Positions 1 to 8,575 of a stretch of DNA of 64,000 nucleotides are shown piece after piece. The translations under genes were made by a program, and so were the position numbers. The DNA comes from Candidatus Latescibacterota bacterium. GTDB taxonomy: Bacteria; Krumholzibacteriota; Krumholzibacteriia; WVZY01. Location of the stretch: NCBI GenBank assembly GCA_963791045.1, contig CAWBQK010000006.1, positions 347,656 through 411,655 on the forward strand, given 5' to 3'. The notes under the pieces were generated by a model. The model made no database searches, had not been told where the DNA came from, and was given only the letters and a program-made list of their open reading frames with translations. The number at the start of each line of letters is the position of its first letter. Within the stretch, counting starts at the first letter, position 1.

Positions 1-1
1 G

Positions 2-271
2 CGCAGCGCTCAGAGTAACCAGGAAATCCCCACCGGCAAAATCAAGCTGATCAAGAAATCACGGGATGATTACACCGTCTGGTTTTGCAACGACGTTCCA
101 GTTTTCCGTTTGGTCAAATGCGTAATCGAGCGTTCCAGAGAGACCGATACGGTTCCACGAATTGCCGGGATCCCCGTTTCGGGGCCCAAATACTCGAGAA
201 CGGAAGCTGAGTTGACCGCGTTTGGCGATGACGCCACGCCAATCCTCGGAACCGGTGACTCGACCCGGTGA
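2..271 (+). CDS. 3' end of a hypothetical protein (partial, runs off the window start)
   Basis: Frame 2 is open from base 2 to TGA 269-271 (RSAQSNQEIPTGKIKLIKK...LGTGDSTR*) and ends just before the RBS of the next gene. Confidence 0.6.
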   Translation, partial: RSAQSNQEIPTGKIKLIKKSRDDYTVWFCNDVPVFRLVKCVIERSRETDTVPRIAGIPVSGPKYSRTEAELTAFGDDATPILGTGDSTR

Positions 272-294
272 TCCGCACAAAGGAGGATGGCCCG

Positions 295-2652
295 ATGAGA
301 TACCCCTGGGGATTCATAGCTGTCTGCCTGGTGACAATCGCAGTCCTGGCACCGACCACCCCCCTTTCCGCTTTTACCCATTCCGAGACTCCCTCTCTCG
401 TTGCCGTCGGTGAGACACCGAGCATTTCGGCTGAACGTTATTACGTTAATGCGCAGGCGGTCGATGAGTTGGAGTTGATTGCACTTCGCAAAGCACTCAT
501 CGAAAACGGCGCGCAGAAGGTGAATCTTTTTCTCCCCCAGAAAATAATTGTCTGTGACGTGCCTGAGACCATGGATTTGGGGCGTTTCATCACGGACCCG
601 CGAGTTTCATTCTTCGAGGAAGCCCAGGTCGGTCCGCGGCTGATCGCGGACAACGGCGGCGGTCTGGATTTCGTGAAGATGTGCTACGACCGGTTGCAGC
701 GGCAATCTGCGGCCGGTGTGAACCACGATTTCAACGATGTCGTGGTGAGGTCCAGGCCGGAGGATATCGAGGCGTCAAAACACAAAATGACGATGTCTCC
801 CGTGTCAGGCATGGTCGAGGAAAGGACCATCGAACAAAACTCGGAGTTTCTGGTTGGAGATATACTTGTTCAGCTCGTTTTTCCCGAGAGTGCGGGCAGT
901 GCGGAAAACTGGACGGACGAGGTCATTGCCGATGCCGCATCGGGGGCGTTTGCCGCCGTGATGGATTTCCAGGCGCAGTTCGGTTTTGCTCCGATTCATT
1001 ATGTGCTGAGGAGTGAATCGAAGGTGCCCACGACCTACGAGCCGATTCGTACGGAGATGGACGAGCATGTCGAGTGGATCTATGAAGTCATGACAAACCT
1101 CGGAATCACGGCCGGCAGGTCGGCTGAACTGATGGTGCATGATTTCAACAACTTCTTCAGGCGATACTACGCGACCGACTGGGCGTTCACCGCGTTTATC
1201 GCGAACAGCGAGAACGCTCCGAACCACAGGTTCGCCGATCAGTTTTACACCGCATACGCGACGCTCGGCGGTCCCTATCTTGTGATACCATTTCCCGCGG
1301 GCGAGAATCCAAACGATATCGATCCCTGGCTCGTTTACTCCACAGTTTTTCAGCACGAGATGGGTCACGTTTTTTGGGCGCTCGATGAGTATCCTGCGGA
1401 GATCAACTTGTCCACGTGCTCCTCCCGTACAGGGTATCTCAATTACGCGAACGGCAACAAGGTCACGCAGCTTCTCGATGGCACTTACGGACACTGTCCG
1501 GGAGTGGAAACCGAAGTCTGCATTATGTGGCTTGCCAAGGAGGACCACGGCCGACCGGTCTGCCCATTCACGGAGGGGCAGCTCGGGATCATTGATTTTA
1601 ACAAGAACAATATCCCCGATGTGTTCGATGCGGCCCCAATGGTTGAGTTCGAAGGCGCGGCGGTTGAAACCGTCCAGGCTCCCGATCTGACGATCAATAT
1701 GAAGGCGATTGCGGGCGCCGTGCAAAATATTAACCCGCTCCAGGATCCCGATGCCCGGCGAAGCTACGCGCCGCCGCTCAAGGACGCCGTGCTCACAGTC
1801 GACGGGATCGGCAATGTTCGGCTCTCGCCACAGGATGGCAGGTGGGACGAGACGGAGGAGGATCTGTCGATCACAATCAAGGGGATTAAGGTTGGGTTGA
1901 CGGAAGTTGGCCTGACTGTCAGGAACTCGTTCGGGAAATCGTCCGCCGAGATCATCAAGAAGATTTATTTCGCCGGAATTAATTTCGCGTTGTTCGATGC
2001 CAAACCGAGATCCGACGGCATCGAGGTGAAGTGGAGCACCGTGGGCGAGACTTTTGGCGCGCGTTTGGATCTCTACAGGATCGACACGTCTTTCGGCGCG
2101 CCCGATACCACACTTCTCGCGGGAGATGTCCAGCCCAATCCGCACTCTGGCGGCGCTTTCAATCAGTATGCGTATATGGACAAGGATATCCGTCCCGGCT
2201 ACGACTACAGGTATTTCGTCGAAGGTTACTTCGAATTTGTTTACAACGATACGACGATCGAGTACAACCCGGTTTCCGGCACGTTCGGGGCGCAGAGCAT
2301 GTTCCCGATACCGTCCGGACAGCTGTCGTCTTACGTGTCGCCGAACCCGTTCAACCACGTTACGAAGATATCGGTTCGTGTCCCCAACACGTATGCGGCA
2401 CCTGTCGGAGACAACCCGAACGCGACGAATGGAGTATCCCAACCGCAGCAGTCGGATGTGGAAGTCACCGTGTTCGATGTTCAAGGCAAAAGGGTCAAAC
2501 GGATATTCAAGGGAAGCATGTATGGGGGAGTGAGGAACTTCGAATGGGACGGAACAAATGAGAACAACATCGCGGTTACATCGGGTGTCTACTTTGTTAA
2601 GACTAACGCTGGGCCCGCCGCCGAGGTTAGAAAGATAGTTCTGGTTCGGTAA
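295..2652 (+). CDS. Secreted zinc metalloprotease (HExxH) with C-terminal FlgD-Ig/T9SS-CTD-like domain
   Basis: AGGAGG at 281-286 before ATG 295; signal peptide; FQHEMGHVFWALDEY zinc motif; C-terminus PNPFN...VFDVQGKRVK...WDGTNE...SGVYFV...RKIVLVR. Confidence 0.85.
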   Translation: MRYPWGFIAVCLVTIAVLAPTTPLSAFTHSETPSLVAVGETPSISAERYYVNAQAVDELELIALRKALIENGAQKVNLFLPQKIIVCDVPETMDLGRFITDPRVSFFEEAQVGPRLIADNGGGLDFVKMCYDRLQRQSAAGVNHDFNDVVVRSRPEDIEASKHKMTMSPVSGMVEERTIEQNSEFLVGDILVQLVFPESAGSAENWTDEVIADAASGAFAAVMDFQAQFGFAPIHYVLRSESKVPTTYEPIRTEMDEHVEWIYEVMTNLGITAGRSAELMVHDFNNFFRRYYATDWAFTAFIANSENAPNHRFADQFYTAYATLGGPYLVIPFPAGENPNDIDPWLVYSTVFQHEMGHVFWALDEYPAEINLSTCSSRTGYLNYANGNKVTQLLDGTYGHCPGVETEVCIMWLAKEDHGRPVCPFTEGQLGIIDFNKNNIPDVFDAAPMVEFEGAAVETVQAPDLTINMKAIAGAVQNINPLQDPDARRSYAPPLKDAVLTVDGIGNVRLSPQDGRWDETEEDLSITIKGIKVGLTEVGLTVRNSFGKSSAEIIKKIYFAGINFALFDAKPRSDGIEVKWSTVGETFGARLDLYRIDTSFGAPDTTLLAGDVQPNPHSGGAFNQYAYMDKDIRPGYDYRYFVEGYFEFVYNDTTIEYNPVSGTFGAQSMFPIPSGQLSSYVSPNPFNHVTKISVRVPNTYAAPVGDNPNATNGVSQPQQSDVEVTVFDVQGKRVKRIFKGSMYGGVRNFEWDGTNENNIAVTSGVYFVKTNAGPAAEVRKIVLVR

Positions 2653-2957
2653 CTTGCCTGGTCCGCGGCGGTACAACCGTCAACCGAATCGACGCGGGAT
2701 GTATTGATGTCGCGCGAGCGCGCTGGAGTTCGCGCGCGGATCAACTGCGATCGCCGATACGTCGCCGCGTTTGATTGTTAGTGTCGACAACGTTGAAGAA
2801 ATTCTTTCCGCACGTTGCTTTCCTACTGCAAGAGTTGATTTGTTGAAAGTAAAATCACTTTCACGCCGCGTACGCCTTGCACGCGCTCTCCCGTTGTGAT
2901 ATATTTCATCTGTTGCTGCTGTTTTACCGCTTTTTCGAATTGGCTTGCATTTTGTGC

Positions 2958-2986
2958 TTGACGGAATCCCCGAGATACTCTAATTT
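2958..2986 (+). promoter_or_regulatory. Putative sigma70-type promoter
   Basis: TTGACG-17 nt-TAATTT in AT-rich intergenic DNA upstream of the ORF at 3090. Confidence 0.4.
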
Positions 2987-3089
2987 TACACAAGATATTG
3001 TGTAGCATCTTCATCCAAGCACAGCATCCTGTGGCTCCCCAATTGGTGTTTTTAGACCGTTTTGCGCCATTTACCATGAGGAGAGTGTC

Positions 3090-3272
3090 ATGGGTAAGCC
3101 CGAAAAAGCGAACTTGTTGACCAAAGATAAAGAATATGTAAAGTACGTTCAGCTTTTGCGGCGAGCGGAGATGGATGGTCGTTTGGATGGGAAGTACACA
3201 TGCAGACTCTGTGGAATGAAGTTCCACACGAGAGAACAGAGTGAAGCATGTTGCAAGATTCCGGTCGCTTAG
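3090..3272 (+). CDS. Small Cys-rich, zinc-finger-like protein (60 aa)
   Basis: GAGGAG RBS; YTCRLCGMKFHTREQSEACC resembles a C2H2/C2HC finger. Confidence 0.65.
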   Translation: MGKPEKANLLTKDKEYVKYVQLLRRAEMDGRLDGKYTCRLCGMKFHTREQSEACCKIPVA

Positions 3273-3288
3273 AATCGGGTGAGCATCG

Positions 3289-3693
3289 ATGCCAGGAACA
3301 AAGACGAATATAATCAACCAATACTGTTCCGTATGCAAAGACCACTTCGATATGGAAGTGGTCAAGCAGGGAAGCAGTAAGGGTGTGATTTGGTTGAAAT
3401 GTCCGGGATGCCAGGGCTTCTTGCCCTACATGTCGGACGAGAACGAGGAGCCCTCGGATCGCGACGGCCAGCAGGGTGCGGGTAACGAACTCGCGCTCGA
3501 AGATCTGGATATCGAAACTGCGAAAGAGTACTCGGAATCCCAGATCTACGATGTTGGCGATATCATCCATCACCGCTCATGGAACGACTTTGGGAAGATA
3601 ATTTCCAAAGAGACGTTGCCCGGGAATCGCAGGACGATTTGTGTTCAGTTTCTGAGACAGGGAAAAATTCAGCTTCTCGAAGGGGTGGCATAG
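3289..3693 (+). CDS. Zinc-ribbon protein with acidic linker and C-terminal Tudor/SH3-like domain
   Basis: CSVC...CPGC pair; acidic linker; YDVGDIIHHRSWNDFGKII resembles the PcrA/UvrD C-terminal and CarD-like domains. Confidence 0.75.
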   Translation: MPGTKTNIINQYCSVCKDHFDMEVVKQGSSKGVIWLKCPGCQGFLPYMSDENEEPSDRDGQQGAGNELALEDLDIETAKEYSESQIYDVGDIIHHRSWNDFGKIISKETLPGNRRTICVQFLRQGKIQLLEGVA

Positions 3694-4544
3694 GAACAGT
3701 CTTCTATAGTCTTCTTTCGAAGCCCCGGTTTTGGCCCGGCGTAAGGAACAGGTTTCTCCTTGCGGCCGGGTTATTGTCTTTAATAACGGCTTCCCCTGCC
3801 TATGCGATCGGCCCGTTCGAAGACGTCGCGCGATTGTCGACATTTTTGAGGTCGCCGCAGCGAGGGACCATCTCGAGCTCGATAACGCGGGCGAACGCGC
3901 AGGGCGAAGCCTCCTCCTTTTTCTGGCTCGCCGGCCAGGTCCCCGTCCGATCCAACTTCTTTTTGCAGGTAGATGTTCCGTATATATCCGTTGCGCGTGG
4001 CGAAGACATTGAGGATGGTTTTGGTGACATCAATGTTCTGGCCAGGGTCCGGGCCTGGGAAGGAAACCGGAAGCGGCTTTTCCTCATGGGGACATTCAGG
4101 CTCGGTTCGGGGTCTGCGTCTCTTTTTCCGTATTCGACGGCGAGCTCGGATGTCGAAATCGGACTGGCTTTCGTCGATTCCGTGGGGACGGTGTCAGGGA
4201 TGGGTGGTTTGGAACCCCTCCGTTCGATCTCCTATTGGATGAATTTGTCAGCTTCTTATATTGTTCGACTCAACGACAGGCTCGACGAGGCCGAGCTTCA
4301 CGGCGACCATCTCGATTTTGGCGGAGGCGTCATTTATCCGCTGACACACCGGATAGAAATCGAAGCAGGAGGAATGGGCCTGTTTTTCAAGTCGGGAGCG
4401 GTGCGCGAAATCTACTATGGCCAGGTTGTGGGTCGATTCTCCCCGTCCATCGACTTGTTCTTAACCATTCAGGCCGAACGCGGTAAATGGCAGGATCGCG
4501 CCATCGACGGCTCTGTTTCCATCGGCATGTTGGTGTCTTTGTAA
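3690..4544 (+). CDS. Putative exported outer-membrane beta-barrel protein (start codon uncertain)
   Basis: Signal-like RNRFLLAAGLLSLITASPAYA; amphipathic beta strands; DGFGDINV motif. The ORF-track start 3579 overlaps the upstream gene and no canonical start lies before the signal peptide. Confidence 0.6.
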   Translation: MGTVFYSLLSKPRFWPGVRNRFLLAAGLLSLITASPAYAIGPFEDVARLSTFLRSPQRGTISSSITRANAQGEASSFFWLAGQVPVRSNFFLQVDVPYISVARGEDIEDGFGDINVLARVRAWEGNRKRLFLMGTFRLGSGSASLFPYSTASSDVEIGLAFVDSVGTVSGMGGLEPLRSISYWMNLSASYIVRLNDRLDEAELHGDHLDFGGGVIYPLTHRIEIEAGGMGLFFKSGAVREIYYGQVVGRFSPSIDLFLTIQAERGKWQDRAIDGSVSIGMLVSL

Positions 4545-4741
4545 CCGCCCTCCTTATTGGAATTCCCGCTCAAAGTTGATACAACCCGTTTGCAGTTTGC
4601 CGACGCCGAATCATTTTGCGGAGTTGCCGGAAAAACCGGCGCGTTCCCGACGGTTTCTTTTTGCGGTCTTTGAGGTGTTATTCAAGCCGGGTCTTTCTCG
4701 CGGTAAGCCTCGATTTCACCCGTAAATACGGGGTTTTTCCG

Positions 4742-4756
4742 TGGCACGGAGATTGC
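4742..4756 (+). promoter_or_regulatory. sigma54 (-24/-12) promoter
   Basis: TGGCACGGAGATTGC matches TGGCACG-N4-TTGC exactly, ~105 nt upstream of the ATG at 4861. Confidence 0.7.
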
Positions 4757-4860
4757 CTTGAGATGTTTCAGCAAGCACCCTCTCGCTCGCAGGTATACAA
4801 CATGATGGTCTTAGCAGCGGGTTCCCGGACCGGCAAAAGGGGAATCGGCGCGGAGGGAAG

Positions 4861-6285
4861 ATGAGGACAGTTTTTGTGGTCGATGACGACCTTTTGATGC
4901 GCGAGACCCTGACTCGGCTCCTGCAACGAAATGAGTACCGGGTACGGTCTTTTCCGTCGCCCTCTCACGCACTCCCCTTGATTGACCTGGGTTATCCAGA
5001 CGCAATTGTAACGGATCATCAAATGCCCGGGATGACCGGGGTCGGGTTCGCCCGTTGTTTGAAAGAACGGAATCTCGCGATTCCGATGCTGATGGTTACG
5101 GGAAGCTCCAGCCTCGAATTCGAAGAAGAAGCCCGGTGCGCCGGTGTGGTCCAGGTTTTCAAAAAGCCATTGAAAGACACACGCGGTCTGGTCTTCTCGC
5201 TCGAGCGTGCCATAGCGGATCACGACGAAACGTCGAGAAACGCCGGGTTGGACCATCTGCGCATGAGTTTTTTGACGGGGCTTGCCCATGAACTTCGCAC
5301 TCCTCTTACCGCGATAAAACTCGCGTTGGACAATCTGTTCACCACGCATGCTTCGGATGTTCCGGCGCCCCAGGAAAAACTCGTCGCGATCGGACAGAGA
5401 AACATCGACAGGATAATCCAGCTGGTCGAGGGACAACTCGACCTGCTGCAGATCACACTAGGCGACGTGTCGGTGAGTCGCCGTTGTGTGGATCTGCGCG
5501 ATGCGCTCGAACGTGCCGTCGGCGATACGCCGCCGGGTGTCAGGCGACTGGTCGAGATCGACGGCGAACGTATTTTTATGTTCACGGATCCGGATCGTCT
5601 GGGCGCCGCGGTGAGATACGTCCTTGAGAGGGGCTCGTTCAATCGTAACGAGCCGGTCCGAGTCCGTTTCGCAACGGACGACGATGGCTACGGTGTTGAG
5701 ATCGAGTTCGAAAATACCAGCATCGCGGGGATTCTAGGCCCCGACACGACCGCGGGACTAACCTGTGGAACCGGAAACGCGCCCGCGGCGGCCCCGGATG
5801 AGTGTTTTGAAACCCGAGCGTTCCACCGCATCGTCGCGTCGCTTTCGGGCGAATTCCAGCTCGAAAGCGGCCGGACCGGTGAGCGTATCCGTCTCCGTTT
5901 TCCTCTGCGGCCCCGGTACGAGCACCGGGAAGACTTCTTGCTGCCCGTCAACGGGCTTCGCGAAGCGGCGATGCTCAGCGGAAAGACGATATCGTTGGTC
6001 GAGTGCGTCGTCGACTCCGGCGGCCAGGACGACCCGGTCTTTTCGCCCGCCGAGCGAGATCTGTTCGAGCGTTCGCGTTCGGTGCTTTCGGATGGTGATG
6101 TGCTGGTTCGAGGCCGCGCCGAGCAATCATACTGTCTGGCTCTCGTCGACCGGTGCGCCGATGATCTCGATCGCATTGCCGATTTTCTCTCCAATTGTTC
6201 ACACGTTGAAATCATTACCGGCACGCCCGCCCCGGAGTCAATCGAGGGACGGCGCGCCGCCACAGACCTGGAGCCCGTAGCTTAA
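4861..6285 (+). CDS. Hybrid response regulator / histidine kinase-like protein (REC + HisKA, degenerate ATPase region)
   Basis: VVDDD...TDHQMPGMTG...KKP receiver; LAHELRTPLTAIK H-box; no recognisable N/G boxes afterwards. Confidence 0.85.
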   Translation: MRTVFVVDDDLLMRETLTRLLQRNEYRVRSFPSPSHALPLIDLGYPDAIVTDHQMPGMTGVGFARCLKERNLAIPMLMVTGSSSLEFEEEARCAGVVQVFKKPLKDTRGLVFSLERAIADHDETSRNAGLDHLRMSFLTGLAHELRTPLTAIKLALDNLFTTHASDVPAPQEKLVAIGQRNIDRIIQLVEGQLDLLQITLGDVSVSRRCVDLRDALERAVGDTPPGVRRLVEIDGERIFMFTDPDRLGAAVRYVLERGSFNRNEPVRVRFATDDDGYGVEIEFENTSIAGILGPDTTAGLTCGTGNAPAAAPDECFETRAFHRIVASLSGEFQLESGRTGERIRLRFPLRPRYEHREDFLLPVNGLREAAMLSGKTISLVECVVDSGGQDDPVFSPAERDLFERSRSVLSDGDVLVRGRAEQSYCLALVDRCADDLDRIADFLSNCSHVEIITGTPAPESIEGRRAATDLEPVA

Positions 6286-6324
6286 AACCCAAGCTCGTTT
6301 TCATTTACGCTATAAATTGTTGGG

Positions 6325-7791
6325 CTACGCTTTGCTTTCAAGAAGAGCCTTCATCTTGGACTTCTTCTTGTGCGTGGATGTGGGAGGTGACTGGGGATTC
6401 GTTGGGTTTATGCTCTTCTCTCTCTCCTCGAGATCGACAAGGATAATACTTAGCGGGGTTTCGATCGTCGTCGGAACCGAGCGCGGCGGCTTGGTGAAAA
6501 CAAAGTGTCCGTCGGACGCCGTTTCGACAATTTTTCTCAAGGCGTCTGCGCCCTCGGTGTCGCCGCACGTGCAGTGATGCACCTCTCCGGATTCGAAGTA
6601 CACACGGCCTTTGCCCGAATCGGCGTAAATTCTCAATACTCCAGTGCGGCCCTGGGAATTGATCATGGTCAAAACGTCGCGGATTTTGAACTGGTTGAGT
6701 CTGCCCGAAAGCGATTGATGTGGCTCGAACCCACGGACAATCATGTAAGTGAGTGGAGAACCGAAGATTACAAGAACGGCGAGTGCGAGAAGCAACACGT
6801 TGAGATGCCGCCGCAGAGTATGAACGACTCCGTCGGCGACGCCGGATACGCGCGCCGCTCCCGCCTTGACGAAAGCAGTGAACCGGTTTGGATCATCGCC
6901 GCCCATCGCGGGAGCTCCTGGTTGAGCGCCGCCCTCGGTCAGCATTAGAAACTGCTGCCTGGCCCAGTCGTGGTCGGGGTCGCGCGCAAGAATCTTGCTG
7001 AGCAAAGCGAGAACCTGGTTTCTGTCTCCTGTTGTTCCCGATTCCATTAAGACTCTTGCCTCGCGGGCAAGTTTGCCGATTTCGCTCTTCTTCTTTATTG
7101 CGAGCGCGTCCGTCCGCAACGCAAAGTAACGATCTTCTTTTACAAGAACGAGCGCCTTTTCGATCTCCGCGACCGCACCGTCAGGGTCATCAAGCGCGAG
7201 GTGGCATCGAGCCTTGCGGTAATGAAGGTCCGCATTTTCGGGTTGGGTTGTCAGAAGAACGGATAGCTTGGGTAAAGCCTCGGTATAAGCGTTCCGGGCG
7301 AGGAGAGAGTCAATATCCGCTTCGAGGTATGCCGACAGTTTCTGCGCAACATCGTTGCTCCTGTCAATGATCTCCTGGTCGTACGGTTTGAGGATGAGTG
7401 CGCGTGTCAGAAGACCCCGCGCATATTGAAGCTTGTCCGTCGCCTCGTAGATGATCGCCAACTCGAGCATCGCCGAGAGATGGTTTGGCTCTCGGATGAG
7501 CGCCGCCTTGTAAAGCATCTCGGCCAGGGGATAATTGTCCGCCAGAAACATCTCCCGGGCGCTCTCTACCAATTCGTCCGCCGTCGCGGTCGTGTCGAAT
7601 TCCAATGCGGAGAAAACCTTCACTGACGGCGATTCGGGTTTGGCGGTGATATACCCGTATACCGGCCCCATATCGGGGGGCACCTGTGCGCGGACGGTCC
7701 CCGACAACAGAGTAATCGCGAGACAAACCGCGAAGATGGCGTATGTGGACATGGAGGTTCTCATCGTGGGTGGATATGTCGCAACATCCAT
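6325..7791 (-). CDS. TPR-repeat membrane protein with C-terminal DUF4388 domain
   Basis: Signal peptide, several TPR-like repeats, a TM helix, then LSGRLNQFKIRDVLTMINSQGRTGVLRI...GRVYFESGEVHH typical of DUF4388. Confidence 0.8.
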   Translation of the reverse strand: MDVATYPPTMRTSMSTYAIFAVCLAITLLSGTVRAQVPPDMGPVYGYITAKPESPSVKVFSALEFDTTATADELVESAREMFLADNYPLAEMLYKAALIREPNHLSAMLELAIIYEATDKLQYARGLLTRALILKPYDQEIIDRSNDVAQKLSAYLEADIDSLLARNAYTEALPKLSVLLTTQPENADLHYRKARCHLALDDPDGAVAEIEKALVLVKEDRYFALRTDALAIKKKSEIGKLAREARVLMESGTTGDRNQVLALLSKILARDPDHDWARQQFLMLTEGGAQPGAPAMGGDDPNRFTAFVKAGAARVSGVADGVVHTLRRHLNVLLLALAVLVIFGSPLTYMIVRGFEPHQSLSGRLNQFKIRDVLTMINSQGRTGVLRIYADSGKGRVYFESGEVHHCTCGDTEGADALRKIVETASDGHFVFTKPPRSVPTTIETPLSIILVDLEEREKSINPTNPQSPPTSTHKKKSKMKALLESKA

Positions 7792-7891
7792 ACCAGACCC
7801 ACCGAAAAAGAAATCGATTATATGATTCTATTACAGTAGGTTATGGTCAGGGAGTTCGGTGAGTTTCTGATCCCGGCGTCAAAATGCGATT

Positions 7892-8464
7892 TTACAGCTC
7901 CAGATCGTCCGAGATTTCCTGCATCGCCGCGATCACATTCCCGATGTGCGTGCTGAGCTCCACCCCAATGAGTTCGGCGCCCTCGTTGATTTCCTCCCGA
8001 TTGACGGCTCGTGCGAAACTCTTGTCTTTGAGCTTTTTCTTGACCGATTTGACCGTCACATCAGCAATCTTTTTGGATGGCCGGACAAGCGTGACCGCCG
8101 TCACCATCCCGCAGAGTTCATCGACGGCGAAGAGGGTTTTTTCGAGCGTTGTGTCTCGCGAGACGTTGGTGTGGCTTGCGTGGGAAAGAACGGCCTTTAT
8201 CAAAGATTCGTCATAGCCGCGCTCGCGGAGGATCTCAGCCCCCTTGAAGGGATGGTCCTCGAGCGTCGGGAATTTCTCGTAATCGAAGTCGTGGATGAGG
8301 CCGATGACGCCCCAGAGCTCCTCGTCCTCGGCGTTGAGCCTGGCGTAGTAACGCATCGCCGCCTCGACGGAGAGTCCGTGTTTGATGAGATTCTCATTCT
8401 TCGTGTATTCTCTGAGCAGGGCCATGGCCTCGCCGCGATCGGGGATGTTCACGGTTCTCTCCAT
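7892..8464 (-). CDS. HD/HDIG-domain metal-dependent phosphohydrolase
   Basis: LIKHGLSVEAAM, GLIHDFDYE, LFAVDELCG, FARAVNRE motifs; start set at ATG 8464 (MERTVNIP). Confidence 0.9.
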   Translation of the reverse strand: MERTVNIPDRGEAMALLREYTKNENLIKHGLSVEAAMRYYARLNAEDEELWGVIGLIHDFDYEKFPTLEDHPFKGAEILRERGYDESLIKAVLSHASHTNVSRDTTLEKTLFAVDELCGMVTAVTLVRPSKKIADVTVKSVKKKLKDKSFARAVNREEINEGAELIGVELSTHIGNVIAAMQEISDDLEL

Positions 8465-8575
8465 TGAGGGGGTTCGAGTTTGCGTTGCAAAAGCGTATCT
8501 TCTATATTTTAAGCCTGTTTGAGCCCCAAGCGTCAATAGCCGATCGGCGAGAAAACTCGCGATAGAAATCAGATT

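Noticed and set aside
805-2676. Long antisense ORFs (805..2676, also 24377..25999, 51959..53239, 26080..27093)
   Set aside because: Shadow frames opposite well-supported genes in GC-rich DNA, with no motifs.
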